The position numbers were made by a program, and so were the translations under genes. Positions 1 to 10,206 of a stretch of DNA of 64,000 bases are shown one piece after another; within the stretch, counting starts at the first letter, position 1; the number at the start of each line of letters is the position of its first letter. The stretch comes from Trypanosoma brucei (taxonomy: Eukaryota): the NCBI GenBank assembly GCA_000002445.1, contig CP000067.1, positions 1,344,001 through 1,408,000 of the forward strand, given 5' to 3'. The notes beneath the pieces were generated by a model. The model saw only the letters and a list, made by a program, of their open reading frames with translations. It made no database searches and was not told where the DNA came from.

Positions 1-110
1 TAGGTGAAATATGTATATTTATATATGTATCTTTATTGTTAATGTTACTGACCAAAGAAGGGTTCGTGCCATTTTCTCACCACAAAAGTGCCTGCAGTCG
101 GGCTGTTGCT

Positions 111-1313
111 TCACTTCCTTACTGCCTTACCCTTTAAACGTGCCGTGAAAGCTTCAAGACTCTTCTGCACTTCCGGGTTCATCATAAGCTCCACGAAGAA
201 CTGCGTGTCATATTCTCTATCTTCCTCGGAGCCAATGAACTGCAAGAACTCACGGCGGAGCATATCGCGCGACATCCAGCGCGACTGCTGCGGAACTGAC
301 AGGAAGCGCTCAACCTCCTTCACGGCTGCCTCGCGCAACTGGTGTTCCCCATCCACAACCAGATCAACCAAACCCATTCGAAGCGCCTCGTCAGCGGTGG
401 GCGTTTCACCAAGTTGAAGCATCCTCTCAGCACGCCGCGAACCGAGAACGTACGCATAGGCGGGAATAACCCAGGGTGGTGTGGTGATGCCAAGTTTCGT
501 CTCGTTGAGACCAATGCGGTACGGGCGGTCGGGTTTGTCAGCTGGGTGCCGGACCATCACGCGGGAATCACAACCGAGAGCGAGCACGCAGCCACCAGCC
601 GGAGAATTGCCGCTAATCGCCCCGATGATTGGTTTCGGGAAGCTGTTGAGGATGAGCCACGTCTCCTGAAAGCTCTTCCAAAAGCGCCGGAGGCGCTCGG
701 GTTCCGGGTTGTGCATTTCACTCATGTCCAGACCTGCCGAAAAAACAGTGGGTATCGAGGATGTCAAAATGATCGCCTTGCAGCTTTCGTCACTACCAAG
801 CCACAACATCCAACTGTTGAATTCTTCAAAGAGCTCTAGACTGAGTGAGTTCACGGGTGCACGACTAAGTGCCACTGTTGTGATGCCCCGGTCACTCGTG
901 TCTAACCGCAATAACCTTGGAGGCTCCGATGGCTTTCGTGGAGGTTCGAAGTCATCTTCTGCTTCTGCGCCGACTGCCGATGAGTGCATTTGCGGTTGCT
1001 GCTGCTGCTGCATGTGCTGTTGCTGGTGGAACTGCTGTTGCTGCATGTGTTGCTGTTGCTGGTGGAATTCCTGCTGCTGCATGTGTTGCTGTTGGTAGAA
1101 TTGCTGCTGCTGCGGTGACATCTGGTGCTGGGTAGGAGCTGCCCCCCTCAGTGGTGGGGCGCGAAAGTTTGGAGGGACGTTACCTGGTGGTCCATGGAAC
1201 GTTGTTTGCAAACGGGAGGCTACAGCCGCTGCCGGAACGACACCAGAAGTTCCAATGTTGACAATCAGGACGGACGAAGATCTATTAAGGGATGACAGGA
1301 CGTTGCGACGCAT
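111..1313 (-). CDS. Enoyl-CoA hydratase/isomerase (crotonase fold, delta3,delta2-enoyl-CoA isomerase-like), probably mitochondrial. Has an N-terminal presequence followed by a Q/H-rich repeat insert.
   Basis: The ORF 111..1592 carries crotonase motifs (TVFSAGLDMSEM; PIIGAISGNSPAGGCVLALGCDSRVM). The first ~93 codons of the long ORF translate pyrimidine-rich UTR-like sequence. The first plausible Met (MRRNVLSS...) is at 1311-1313 and has a basic/hydroxylated presequence. A QQQFHQQQHMQQQ tripled repeat precedes the catalytic domain. Confidence 0.8.
   Translation of the reverse strand: MRRNVLSSLNRSSSVLIVNIGTSGVVPAAAVASRLQTTFHGPPGNVPPNFRAPPLRGAAPTQHQMSPQQQQFYQQQHMQQQEFHQQQQHMQQQQFHQQQHMQQQQQPQMHSSAVGAEAEDDFEPPRKPSEPPRLLRLDTSDRGITTVALSRAPVNSLSLELFEEFNSWMLWLGSDESCKAIILTSSIPTVFSAGLDMSEMHNPEPERLRRFWKSFQETWLILNSFPKPIIGAISGNSPAGGCVLALGCDSRVMVRHPADKPDRPYRIGLNETKLGITTPPWVIPAYAYVLGSRRAERMLQLGETPTADEALRMGLVDLVVDGEHQLREAAVKEVERFLSVPQQSRWMSRDMLRREFLQFIGSEEDREYDTQFFVELMMNPEVQKSLEAFTARLKGKAVRK
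990..1112 (-). repeat. Imperfect tandem repeat of about 33 nt, present 3 to 4 times, encoding the Q/H-rich motif (QQQQFHQQQHM) inside the enoyl-CoA hydratase N-terminal region.
   Basis: Direct reading shows ctgctgcatgtgttgctgttgctggtggaa-like units repeated head to tail. Confidence 0.7.
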
Positions 1314-3199
1314 AACTACTTGATCACTGCTTGTTTTTTTTCCCCTCTTCAACTTTATTTTTGTGCTTAGTGTGAGTATGGGTCTTGTGCCTCTGGTGCT
1401 CCCTGCGTGTGGTGAATAAACACACAAACAAACACGAAACAGAAATAGAAACAGAGAAGAAGGCAGGAAAAAGTCCAAGAAAGGTTGGGTGGGAAGTGAA
1501 GCAGTAGGTGACTGTGCGCCCATCCATTCCAAGCTTCCGCCTTTCTCCCCTTTTTCGGTTGAGTAATGTGAGGAAGTGTTTGGGAATCCCACTCACCCAA
1601 CGGGGGTTAACCGAGACACAAAGAAGCGGGTGAAAACCGTGTCTCTTTGTTGCCTCACCCGCGGTACAAGCGGTGGGACGTTGTGAGAAAAACATCACGT
1701 GCGTGCCATCACGGTGTACCATCTGCAGATGTAGGCTGTCGTAGATTATATCGGTAGTTTCATCAGCTCTAGGGCAATATTTGCACAACTCAGAGTTGTC
1801 CTCTCTTTTCTCAACAGTATGAATAACACAGCACTAGGCCCTCTTTAATCTCTTTGTCAATGTTCTCTCCAACACATGCGTCCGCCCCCTACAGACGGTA
1901 AGTTCGGCAACCACCACTGAATCTCTCAGTGCGTTGGTGGTCTCCTGGAGGGTGCTGACTGTAAACTCGTTGTTCCTTTTCATCGCATCAACAACATTGT
2001 TGCCATTGAAATCGTTGTTGTTGGAGGGGTGGGGGCACCGGTTGCCACCACACAAAAGTGGTATCTTATCCCCAAGGCGCGATATACAAGAATCGAAATA
2101 GAATAGATGATTGTGTTGGAATTTGTTGAAACTCCATTGCTTGCATACAAGAGCAAGGCTTTGCTGCCGTTGGTAAAATCCTCCCCTCCATGCCAGCGCG
2201 GCTGGTGAAACGCATGCCGGATATTAGACGAGCAGACAACAGTGGCGCCCCTACTTGTGGCTCACTTACTTAACCATTGGTTTGAATTTTCTTGAATGCG
2301 GTAGATGAAGCGGGAAAAGCACGTGTGTGTGTCAGGGGGGGGGTAAGAAGACATGTTTCCAAAACTGAGCCGGTGACGGTTTTCTTCCTGGAAATTGTGC
2401 AGGGCAACATCCAACCACGGATGCAATATAACATAGAGGGGGTAACAACTCACGGCAGATTCCTCGGAATTTCCATGGAGGGGGTCATAAGGACTGTTAA
2501 CACAAATTTAATTACTTTTCAGCAAAGAAGGGCAGTCACGAGATTGGTTTAAAAGGCCACTAAACTTAATAAAAAGAATACTTGAAGAAAAAACAAATGT
2601 TGAGAATGTACTCATCTTGGGCTGTGCTGTTCTAAACCCAGAAAAGGGACCGATTCCCGCCCTACGCGACCAAAAAACTAAAGTAAAGACGTCAACGACA
2701 CAGTCAGAAAGAGTGTTTGCATGGTAAAAACTAAAATATTGGCAGTGCCAACGACCCACCGACACTTGGGGCTAAAGGAAGCCACCGGCAAATTAGCGGA
2801 GATGAGGACTTCCAACCATTAAAAAAAGGGGGAAAAAAGACAAGCGTAAACTAATGTTAGGCAAAATTACGACCCCAAATAGAAAGGACAATGATAAGGC
2901 AAGTCTCGCCATTGCGTAGCATTGCGCTACGCACACAATGTACCTCGCTGGAGGTATGAGAACAAAGAGTGAACAAATAATGAACCCACAACAAGGGCAC
3001 CCTCCCCCTTCTTTGCTCCAACTGCGGAGTCAAAAGGATACAATGCTCTGTGATTTTCATATATCGCATCCCCACGGGGCAACAGCATATGCACAAAACC
3101 GTCGTTACAGAGAAGGGGGAAATCGACTTTGGACGAACAGGAGAGACTCTCCTCCCGTTATTCCATTCCTAGGCTTCCCTCAACCCCTGCCAACTGGGG

Positions 3200-3976
3200 T
3201 CACCTAAAAGAACTAAACGGTTCAGCAAAGACTTCACCTGCCATATTCTGAGTCTTCGTGGTTGATGTCGGTGTGCGAGCGCAACAGATGCTTCCCAGTG
3301 ATTCGCTAGCTCTACGGTTTAATTTGCTGCTTTCCCGTGTGCAGCGCACTGAGGCGTCCGGTTCCTTATCAATAGTAATGTATTGTGCCGAACCGTAGAG
3401 AGCCGAAGACGGTTGGCTAACGTACAGCTCAAACACGCGATCAGTTGACAAGTCGCGAATCCTTTTGGGGTAACCCAGTTGGCATTTGCCGCAGTCATGG
3501 GCACCCAACACGGCACTCTCCTTCGCGCACTCGCGAGTTGCGAGGCATCCGTCGTTGATGGCAATATCTAACGTAGAACAGTTGGAGCTACTACGGCACA
3601 GTTCCTTACAGTCTTCGCACAGGGAAGGCACCGGAGTGAGTGGAATGTCCAGGGCGCTAAGCAACTGCCTGTTTTCATCCCCTATCAGAACCGCTCCGTT
3701 CACTCCTCCCCCAAGCGCCCGAAGTCGCCTCGTCTCACACAACACAGCGGGTGGCGGCAGCGCGTCAGGGGGCCTATGCCCGTTTGTAAAAAGCCTTAAT
3801 ACAATGTGGTTGTTACGAATAAGGCATACGAAGATGATAAAAACGATGCAAGTTAGGATAACTACAAAAAGAATGAACAACAACATGGCCACACCCACTC
3901 TCTCCATCGACACGTACTTCGGGGCGTTGGGATTGTGCGACGCAACGTGGTTCAAACTCCTTGATGAAGAATCCAT
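3200..3976 (-). CDS. Hypothetical single-pass membrane protein with a Cys-rich C-terminal domain.
   Basis: 258-aa ORF on the same strand as the neighbouring genes. It has one strongly hydrophobic segment (VGVAMLLFILFVVILTCIVFIIFVCLI) followed by a domain with about 12 Cys. I recognise no family. Confidence 0.45.
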   Translation of the reverse strand: MDSSSRSLNHVASHNPNAPKYVSMERVGVAMLLFILFVVILTCIVFIIFVCLIRNNHIVLRLFTNGHRPPDALPPPAVLCETRRLRALGGGVNGAVLIGDENRQLLSALDIPLTPVPSLCEDCKELCRSSSNCSTLDIAINDGCLATRECAKESAVLGAHDCGKCQLGYPKRIRDLSTDRVFELYVSQPSSALYGSAQYITIDKEPDASVRCTRESSKLNRRASESLGSICCARTPTSTTKTQNMAGEVFAEPFSSFR

Positions 3977-4449
3977 GGGTGAAGTTCCTTTGTGCCTATG
4001 TGCGTGTAAATGGACAAGGGGGGAAATACCATGTTCAAAGAGGGTAGAAACAGAGGTTCAAAAACTCTTTTGCCCCGTTGAGCAAGTTGGGAACCATCGA
4101 AGATATTCCATTACCGACGCGCCACCAGCACACAAAAGTTTAGACGTGGCCAAAGGACTGCCAACTCAGTTGTAGTGATGTCCATTAAAGGTGGAGGCAA
4201 GACGCGTCATTATTCTTCAACCTCATGAGACAATCTGTGGGTAGACCACATGACCAGACTCATGCAAAAAGTCACAAATCAGTAGCGGAGAATGACGAAA
4301 AATTTAGCGAACAAGTTGGTGGCTCTGCCGTGCAGGTGCATGAGGCTCTCCGCCGCCCTACTTTCTCATCGGCTTCCACCACGTCAGTTACCTCCTACAC
4401 GCACGTGAGCAGATACGTTCGCCCATCCGCTTATCACATTGTGCTACAA

Positions 4450-7400
4450 TTATAGACTACCGAGAATATGACCAAAGTATGCGTTGTTTCCATGTTCCTC
4501 TCTAAAGTATTCACACAGTTGTGGGCGGACGCGGAGTGCTTCGATGAGGACCTGATCTGGCAGGTTTACGAGGAAGCTGCTGCACTCACGGTAGTGCATC
4601 TCTGCGAAGAGGAGGACACCGCGCCACAGCTGAACATCCTTTTCCCATGTTCCGTCCTTCGCTAGTGGAAGCAAGACCTCCTGATGGACAAATCGAACGA
4701 GGTCCACGGCCGCGCGTGGTGGGTGGAGACCGCAGGCGAAAATCAGTGTTGCCATCAACTGTGAGGGAACTTTTGTAGCTCCAGTGTTCTTCATTAACTG
4801 TCGCACTGCCCCTTTGATTTCTGCTGGTCCGTAGAGGTATTCGGTCGTGCTCTCGTCGAAGGTCCGCCGCAGTTTTAGCAGCACACAAATCACCTCTTTC
4901 GTTGTGAGGGCACTGAGGGGAAGATTCTCAGCGATGAGCGAGGTTTCGCCTTCCGCTGTCCTTGCTTTTGCGTTGTTACCAACCACACTGCCATCAGGAG
5001 ACTGGGGGCCGGAGGAACTGAGAATGCCACGTGTTTCTGCATGAGTCCTCATTGGTGTCTCCACAACAGTTGAGTGGGGAGAGGATTGATGAGCTTTGCT
5101 TTGATATGCATCCCCATCGCGTACTCCACGTGTAGCGTGATGCAAATAAACAAGAAGATCCACACGCGAAACCCCGCGTGGGGAGCCGTCACTAAACTGC
5201 ACTGGTGAGCGGACAAGGACTTCTTGTGCAACATCGCGAATGAGCCGAGACATTTCCTCCTCGCTCATGCGCATCGACTCTGGTGCCGTGTCATTGTCCA
5301 TTGTTTCCTCGGCCCGTTGCTGGAGCTGTTGTTCCACAAAGTGCAGAAACGAACGGAGGTAAGTCCTCTTAAGCTCCTCCATCGGAATGAGACTCATAAA
5401 AGGGGCAATGAACCGCACGTCGTGAAGGGACGCAGGCGATTCCTGCACGTTTACCACGTCAGCGGGCTCGCCGTTGCTCGCGAGAGCACTGTGATATACG
5501 AAAGGTATTTCGCTATTTTCATACATCACACGTGCGTGGCCGAGCAGAGCTGCGGCTATTCCCTCCAGATCCGCTGCTGATACCTCACCACCTTTCCCCA
5601 TCGACCGTAGCTCAGCACTAACCGCCCACAATATCCTCTGAACAAGCATCGTGGCACTGTTGCTGTACCGACGGAGATACGGCATCACATTCGACATGAA
5701 GGAGAGGGCGTCCGTTTGAAAGAGCCGCTGACACATGCGGCGCACGTCTACATGATCAGCAAGCAATTGGACCATGGCGGTGTTTTGCCGTTCGACGCAC
5801 TCTTTAAACACGTCAAGAAGTGCTGGAATGAGCTCGCGCGGTTGCCGGGCACACAACATAAGGAATGGCCCAAGATGGCGGTCCAGTGCTTCGGTCAGCT
5901 TCTGTAACTCCTTCGCTCGAGTTTCCGCCGCATCACCTCCCGTCATGGTCGTTTCTCCTTCTTCCTGTTTCGCCACAGCACTCCCTGAAGACGTAACTGC
6001 TGTTGGGAGCCTAGTGACTGGTATGGCGGCTATTTGCCGCTTGGCGTGCCGCACAAGAAGGGTCTCCACATTATCGTCAATCACGCGCCGGCCGTCCAGC
6101 CCGGCGGATGAGGCCAGTAGAGCACCTAATTGTTTCACTGCGAGGCGACGTGGATACTCACTCCTCGATGTAGTCATGTAGAGAAGGCTGTTTAGGGCGT
6201 AGCGTCGACAAACTGCGCGGCGCGCGGCGACACTTTTTAGAAGCCACATTCCCAGCAGGCAACGTGCCTTTTCCGGCGAAAGACAATAGTGTTTGTGCAA
6301 ATAGTGCCAAACATAGCGAGTAATGCGAGGGCACTGCAACAGCAAGTCGAGAAGCAACACTGGCATCTCGCCTTCCGTCAGCACCTCCATCATGCGGCAG
6401 AGAAAGTGGCTATACACACAAGGGTTTTGTATAGAGTCCTCACGGAAGAAGCGCGAAGGACCATCCGTTGCCGACTGTGCCTCTTCACTACCACTTACGC
6501 CCTCACGGTGGAAAGAGTCGAGATCGTTTCCGCCAAACGAGCTACCATCGTCACGTGGCCGCTTGCGGTCAGTTAGCGAACTTTGCATATCCGGTGCCTG
6601 CAGCCAGTCAACTGGGTTTTCCGTATCAATAGTGAGAACTGCACGTGACTGTAGCTGCACCTCACCCCCCATGTTAGCAAAGGCAGAAGAGGGGGAAACC
6701 GCAAACATCAGCGCCTTGCCGTCATGTTCATGCACCGGTGCCTGTGCTGAGTATAGCATGAAGAGTACCTGAAGGGCTAGCTGGTACGCCGATGTAAGTG
6801 GTGGAACCTTCGCTACTGGGCTCCCTCCTCTCGTCTTTTGAAAACTACTCGCCGCAGCCAGTTCTTTTTTCAAGCGGGCGCAGACGGCATCTAGCGCAGA
6901 ATCCATCATCGACGAGGGCATCTGAGCGATTGTACGGGCAATGAGTGCTTGGGCCTCTCGCACACGACCCTCTTGCGCATCCACCAACAGATCGTATGCG
7001 TCAAGTAACGAGAAAAGAGCGGCGCGCTGCATTGTGGCAAGACCGGACTCATTGCTGAGCAATTGTGCACCAGCTGCGTACATTGCCGTGCTTTCCTTCA
7101 AGTGCTCCAACAACCTGCCGACGGGAATATTTTCCACACCCTGCTGTTCAATACGACGAAGTCGCTGTAGTTCTGCCCTTTGTGCTCGTCGTACTGCTTC
7201 ATACTGTTGCTGTTGAAGTCCCTGCATGTGCAGCAACTGAATTCCCTGCTCATTAATAATGTCAAGGCGTGAGATACTCAAGAACACCATCTCTACGAGA
7301 GCGTTCGCCGGGAGGGGCCCGACAGTACTCTTAAGGAGCGTCTCCCGTGGCCCTCCATCGGCACCATCTTCCATAAGCGTTGGGTCATCAAAGTCAGCCG

Positions 7401-8787
7401 CTGCGCCTTCATTAACTACTGCATCACTGCTGGGCGCAGGTAATATCTGCTCACACTCACGCAGCCTCGAGGTTGCTGACGAGGACGGTGCCTCTTCCCA
7501 TTTAGCAGCACAAATGCGGTTATCGCCGCTAACGTCAGTTGCATTATTACAACCATTCTCAGCACCGACTCCGTCTTGTTGCAAATTCGTAAGTTTGAGT
7601 GGGTCGTCAACATCCAATTGCCCACCAAAGACACCAATGGCCGCTGTCACCGCACTTTCAATCGAGGGGAACACAGGCAGTTGCCGGTGGACCACTGAAA
7701 GCAGCCGGCGAATAGCGCGCTGAGGTCCAGCAGCGCGAAGCACATCAAACGCTGCCGCCGGTTTTTCCTGTGATTCGGTTCCTGTGGACTCTACAGATTT
7801 TTGTTGTTGGAGCACTAAATATTGCTGTACGGCCGTCAGCAAGCGGTTCGCTGCGAAACGCCCAACGACAACAATCGAGTCATCAGTTCCGCGTCCAGCA
7901 CAATGCCACAGTAGCTCCTCTACTACACGAAAAGTGCTTACCAGCACTAGTGGCGAAACGGCCGTGCCATGTGCACCATTTGGTTGCGGTGTAACCAACA
8001 ACCTTCCCTTGCCACTGCTGCTATTGGTCACATGAGGACGGAGGGCGTCCACTGCAGTGGAAAGGGGCAAAAACAACCCTTCAACGACCTGGCGCGCCGC
8101 CTGCAGGGCAGCTTCATTGCCTGTTCCGCCTTTCTGCATTTCCTTAACCGCTGCTAATGTCGCGTCCTCACTATTGGATACTTCCAGAAGCGAGAGAAGC
8201 AAGACACGCAGACAATCTATCACCTTCAGCTGCATGGCGGTGTCGTGGCGTTGATGTTGTTTACTTACGAATTCGGAAGCGTTAGAAGGACCAACGAGCC
8301 GCTTCGCCATAACGAGCCGGAGGGACTGCAATTCCCCACGTAGCGATGTGATGGATGAGCAATCTTCGGTCTCATTACTGCTTGGCGACAGAGCTGATTT
8401 AAAAGCCACTGCAGCCGTCTGCCGGAAGAGAGCTGTCACGGCTTCTGTCAGAAGCGAAAACAACTGAACGTCACCTACCGTTGATATCTCGTTAAAAAAG
8501 AGCGCAAGAAGAATATAATCATCCACCGCAAGTTGGCAATTACTGCCCCCAATGTTTGATGCTGTGGCACATAGAATACTCCCGATAGCTTTCATCAGAG
8601 AGCACTGCAGCACCACCTGTGAGCTATCGGCTGCGCTGTACGTGTCGACTAATGTTGTGATGGTTTCTCTTAGTGCTTCACCATCAGCAACGCCCTTGGC
8701 TGCGTCTTCAGCCAGCTGTTGGACGGGACCGAAGTCTACTGCGGCTACCGTTACGGCCTGCCTTGCCGCTTCGATGAAGGCTTCCAT
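4450..8787 (-). CDS. Large conserved hypothetical protein (1445 aa), possibly alpha-helical repeat/HEAT-like.
   Basis: Uninterrupted 4.3 kb ORF with coding-like composition and no low-complexity bias, on the minus strand like the rest of the unit. No diagnostic motif is recognisable by eye. Confidence 0.6.
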   Translation of the reverse strand: MEAFIEAARQAVTVAAVDFGPVQQLAEDAAKGVADGEALRETITTLVDTYSAADSSQVVLQCSLMKAIGSILCATASNIGGSNCQLAVDDYILLALFFNEISTVGDVQLFSLLTEAVTALFRQTAAVAFKSALSPSSNETEDCSSITSLRGELQSLRLVMAKRLVGPSNASEFVSKQHQRHDTAMQLKVIDCLRVLLLSLLEVSNSEDATLAAVKEMQKGGTGNEAALQAARQVVEGLFLPLSTAVDALRPHVTNSSSGKGRLLVTPQPNGAHGTAVSPLVLVSTFRVVEELLWHCAGRGTDDSIVVVGRFAANRLLTAVQQYLVLQQQKSVESTGTESQEKPAAAFDVLRAAGPQRAIRRLLSVVHRQLPVFPSIESAVTAAIGVFGGQLDVDDPLKLTNLQQDGVGAENGCNNATDVSGDNRICAAKWEEAPSSSATSRLRECEQILPAPSSDAVVNEGAAADFDDPTLMEDGADGGPRETLLKSTVGPLPANALVEMVFLSISRLDIINEQGIQLLHMQGLQQQQYEAVRRAQRAELQRLRRIEQQGVENIPVGRLLEHLKESTAMYAAGAQLLSNESGLATMQRAALFSLLDAYDLLVDAQEGRVREAQALIARTIAQMPSSMMDSALDAVCARLKKELAAASSFQKTRGGSPVAKVPPLTSAYQLALQVLFMLYSAQAPVHEHDGKALMFAVSPSSAFANMGGEVQLQSRAVLTIDTENPVDWLQAPDMQSSLTDRKRPRDDGSSFGGNDLDSFHREGVSGSEEAQSATDGPSRFFREDSIQNPCVYSHFLCRMMEVLTEGEMPVLLLDLLLQCPRITRYVWHYLHKHYCLSPEKARCLLGMWLLKSVAARRAVCRRYALNSLLYMTTSRSEYPRRLAVKQLGALLASSAGLDGRRVIDDNVETLLVRHAKRQIAAIPVTRLPTAVTSSGSAVAKQEEGETTMTGGDAAETRAKELQKLTEALDRHLGPFLMLCARQPRELIPALLDVFKECVERQNTAMVQLLADHVDVRRMCQRLFQTDALSFMSNVMPYLRRYSNSATMLVQRILWAVSAELRSMGKGGEVSAADLEGIAAALLGHARVMYENSEIPFVYHSALASNGEPADVVNVQESPASLHDVRFIAPFMSLIPMEELKRTYLRSFLHFVEQQLQQRAEETMDNDTAPESMRMSEEEMSRLIRDVAQEVLVRSPVQFSDGSPRGVSRVDLLVYLHHATRGVRDGDAYQSKAHQSSPHSTVVETPMRTHAETRGILSSSGPQSPDGSVVGNNAKARTAEGETSLIAENLPLSALTTKEVICVLLKLRRTFDESTTEYLYGPAEIKGAVRQLMKNTGATKVPSQLMATLIFACGLHPPRAAVDLVRFVHQEVLLPLAKDGTWEKDVQLWRGVLLFAEMHYRECSSFLVNLPDQVLIEALRVRPQLCEYFREEHGNNAYFGHILGSL

Positions 8788-9039
8788 GAAGTAAATCCCA
8801 ACCCCAAACTTTCGTTTACTTCCCGAGAATATCTTTTTGTATTCTTTTTCCCAGCCAGTGGTGAGAACTTATGTAAGTGAGCTACAAATGTTGCAGAGCT
8901 GTCTTATGAAACTGTGCCCCCAACTCTTCTCTCGCCCTTAAGGGGGAAACCTATTTCTTGCTCTTCTTCGTTAATGTTACGCTTTTTTTTTTTGTGATCG
9001 TGCCGAATGCGAAGTCGGCAAACAAATAATACGATTACG

Positions 9040-9130
9040 GTCCGCATCAGTAGAGACACACAAGAAAAGGAGAAAGACATGAAATAGGAAGAGCATACGA
9101 AGAGACTAAAAACAGTTGAAATAGGAGGTA
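9040..9130 (-). promoter_or_regulatory. Putative polypyrimidine tract (minus sense) upstream of the 1445-aa ORF.
   Basis: The plus strand is a purine-rich run (caagaaaaggagaaagacatgaaataggaagagcatacgaagagactaaaaacagttgaaataggagg). It lies 250-340 nt upstream of start 8787. Confidence 0.3.
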
Positions 9131-9148
9131 TACACATGCACATATAAA

Positions 9149-9170
9149 CATATATATATATATATATATA
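9149..9170. repeat. (TA)n microsatellite.
   Basis: Read directly from the sequence. Confidence 0.9.
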
Positions 9171-10153
9171 GGTGTGTTACGCGCACAGCAGTACCGCTTT
9201 ACGATGCGTATCTAACTTCCACTGTTTCAGGTTCTCTGAGAGGCATCCATTTCATTTCTTTTTCTGTGTGCGTGTATCTGACGTGTGTACTGAAAGGAGA
9301 AGGTTGCAATCCTCTTCTTTTACTTTTTGTCTGTCCCTCTTTACTACTTCATTTACTCAAACCGAATAGTCACATAATGGAAGGATGTCATCATTCCACT
9401 CCACTCCACTCCACTTCGTTCCATTCCGTTTATTCCTCTTCTTTCGTATGCACAAAGTTTCCACGAACGGCTGGAAAGAGACAAAAAAAAGATTGGATAA
9501 TGAAAACGTGGGACATATTCATACAAATCAGAAACCAGAAACATAGAGAAAAATAACGTAACAAACACGGCAACTGCAAGAAATGAACAACCAAAAGAAA
9601 ACAAATGAGGAACTGTATCAGAAAGCGAAAAAAAAAAGAAAAGAAAAAATAACAAAACAGAAGAGATGAGTTACCGTATAGTTGCTGTATGAAATGACAA
9701 AGTAATTCATTATTCCTCTCTTTAGCTTCTTATTGTTTCCCATACAAAACGAAACGAAAAAAAAAGTATAAACATGTGACCTCCCCCGAGGGCGGTCGAT
9801 GCGGGAGAGGCGCAAATTCCTGCTCGTTTATCCTGTTCATCCTTTTCTTTCATCCCTTTTTTGTATCTGTTTTATGTTTCACTCATATTTCTATGTGTTT
9901 GCGTATAAATGAATAAATGAGTCTTTGTGTTGGCTTCCACTCATTCATTCATAAAATTGTTTTATTTCCTCTTCCTCCCTCAATGTCACAGGGACTGACA
10001 GGGTGATGCGTCATTTTTTTTTTGTTTTTTTTGTTTTTAGCATCACTCCACCCAATGTTTCCCGTCTCTCTTGGACAAAACTCAGTTTTTCCTCCTTTTT
10101 TCCTTTCAAATAGCCACAAGCCCCCCAAAATTGTTATATTTTATATGACTTGT

Positions 10154-10171
10154 AAATAAATAAATAAATAA

Positions 10172-10203
<32 letters not shown>
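10154..10203. repeat. Compound microsatellite: (AAAT)6 followed by (TA)~14.
   Basis: Read directly from the sequence. Confidence 0.9.

Positions 10204-10206
<3 letters not shown>

Noticed and set aside
1314-1592. N-terminal 93 codons of the 493-aa hydratase ORF (MGFPNTSSHY...LFLFLFRVCLCVYS...)
   Set aside because: It translates a pyrimidine-rich tract typical of trans-splicing signal or 5' UTR. The first Met followed by a presequence-like peptide is at 1311-1313. The extension was trimmed from the feature.
4468-8794. Many 60-150-aa ORFs on the plus strand within 4450-8787 (for example 7259..7723 and 6323..6772)
   Set aside because: They are antisense to an uninterrupted 4.3 kb CDS. GC-rich coding DNA routinely yields antisense ORFs of this size, and they show no domain signal.
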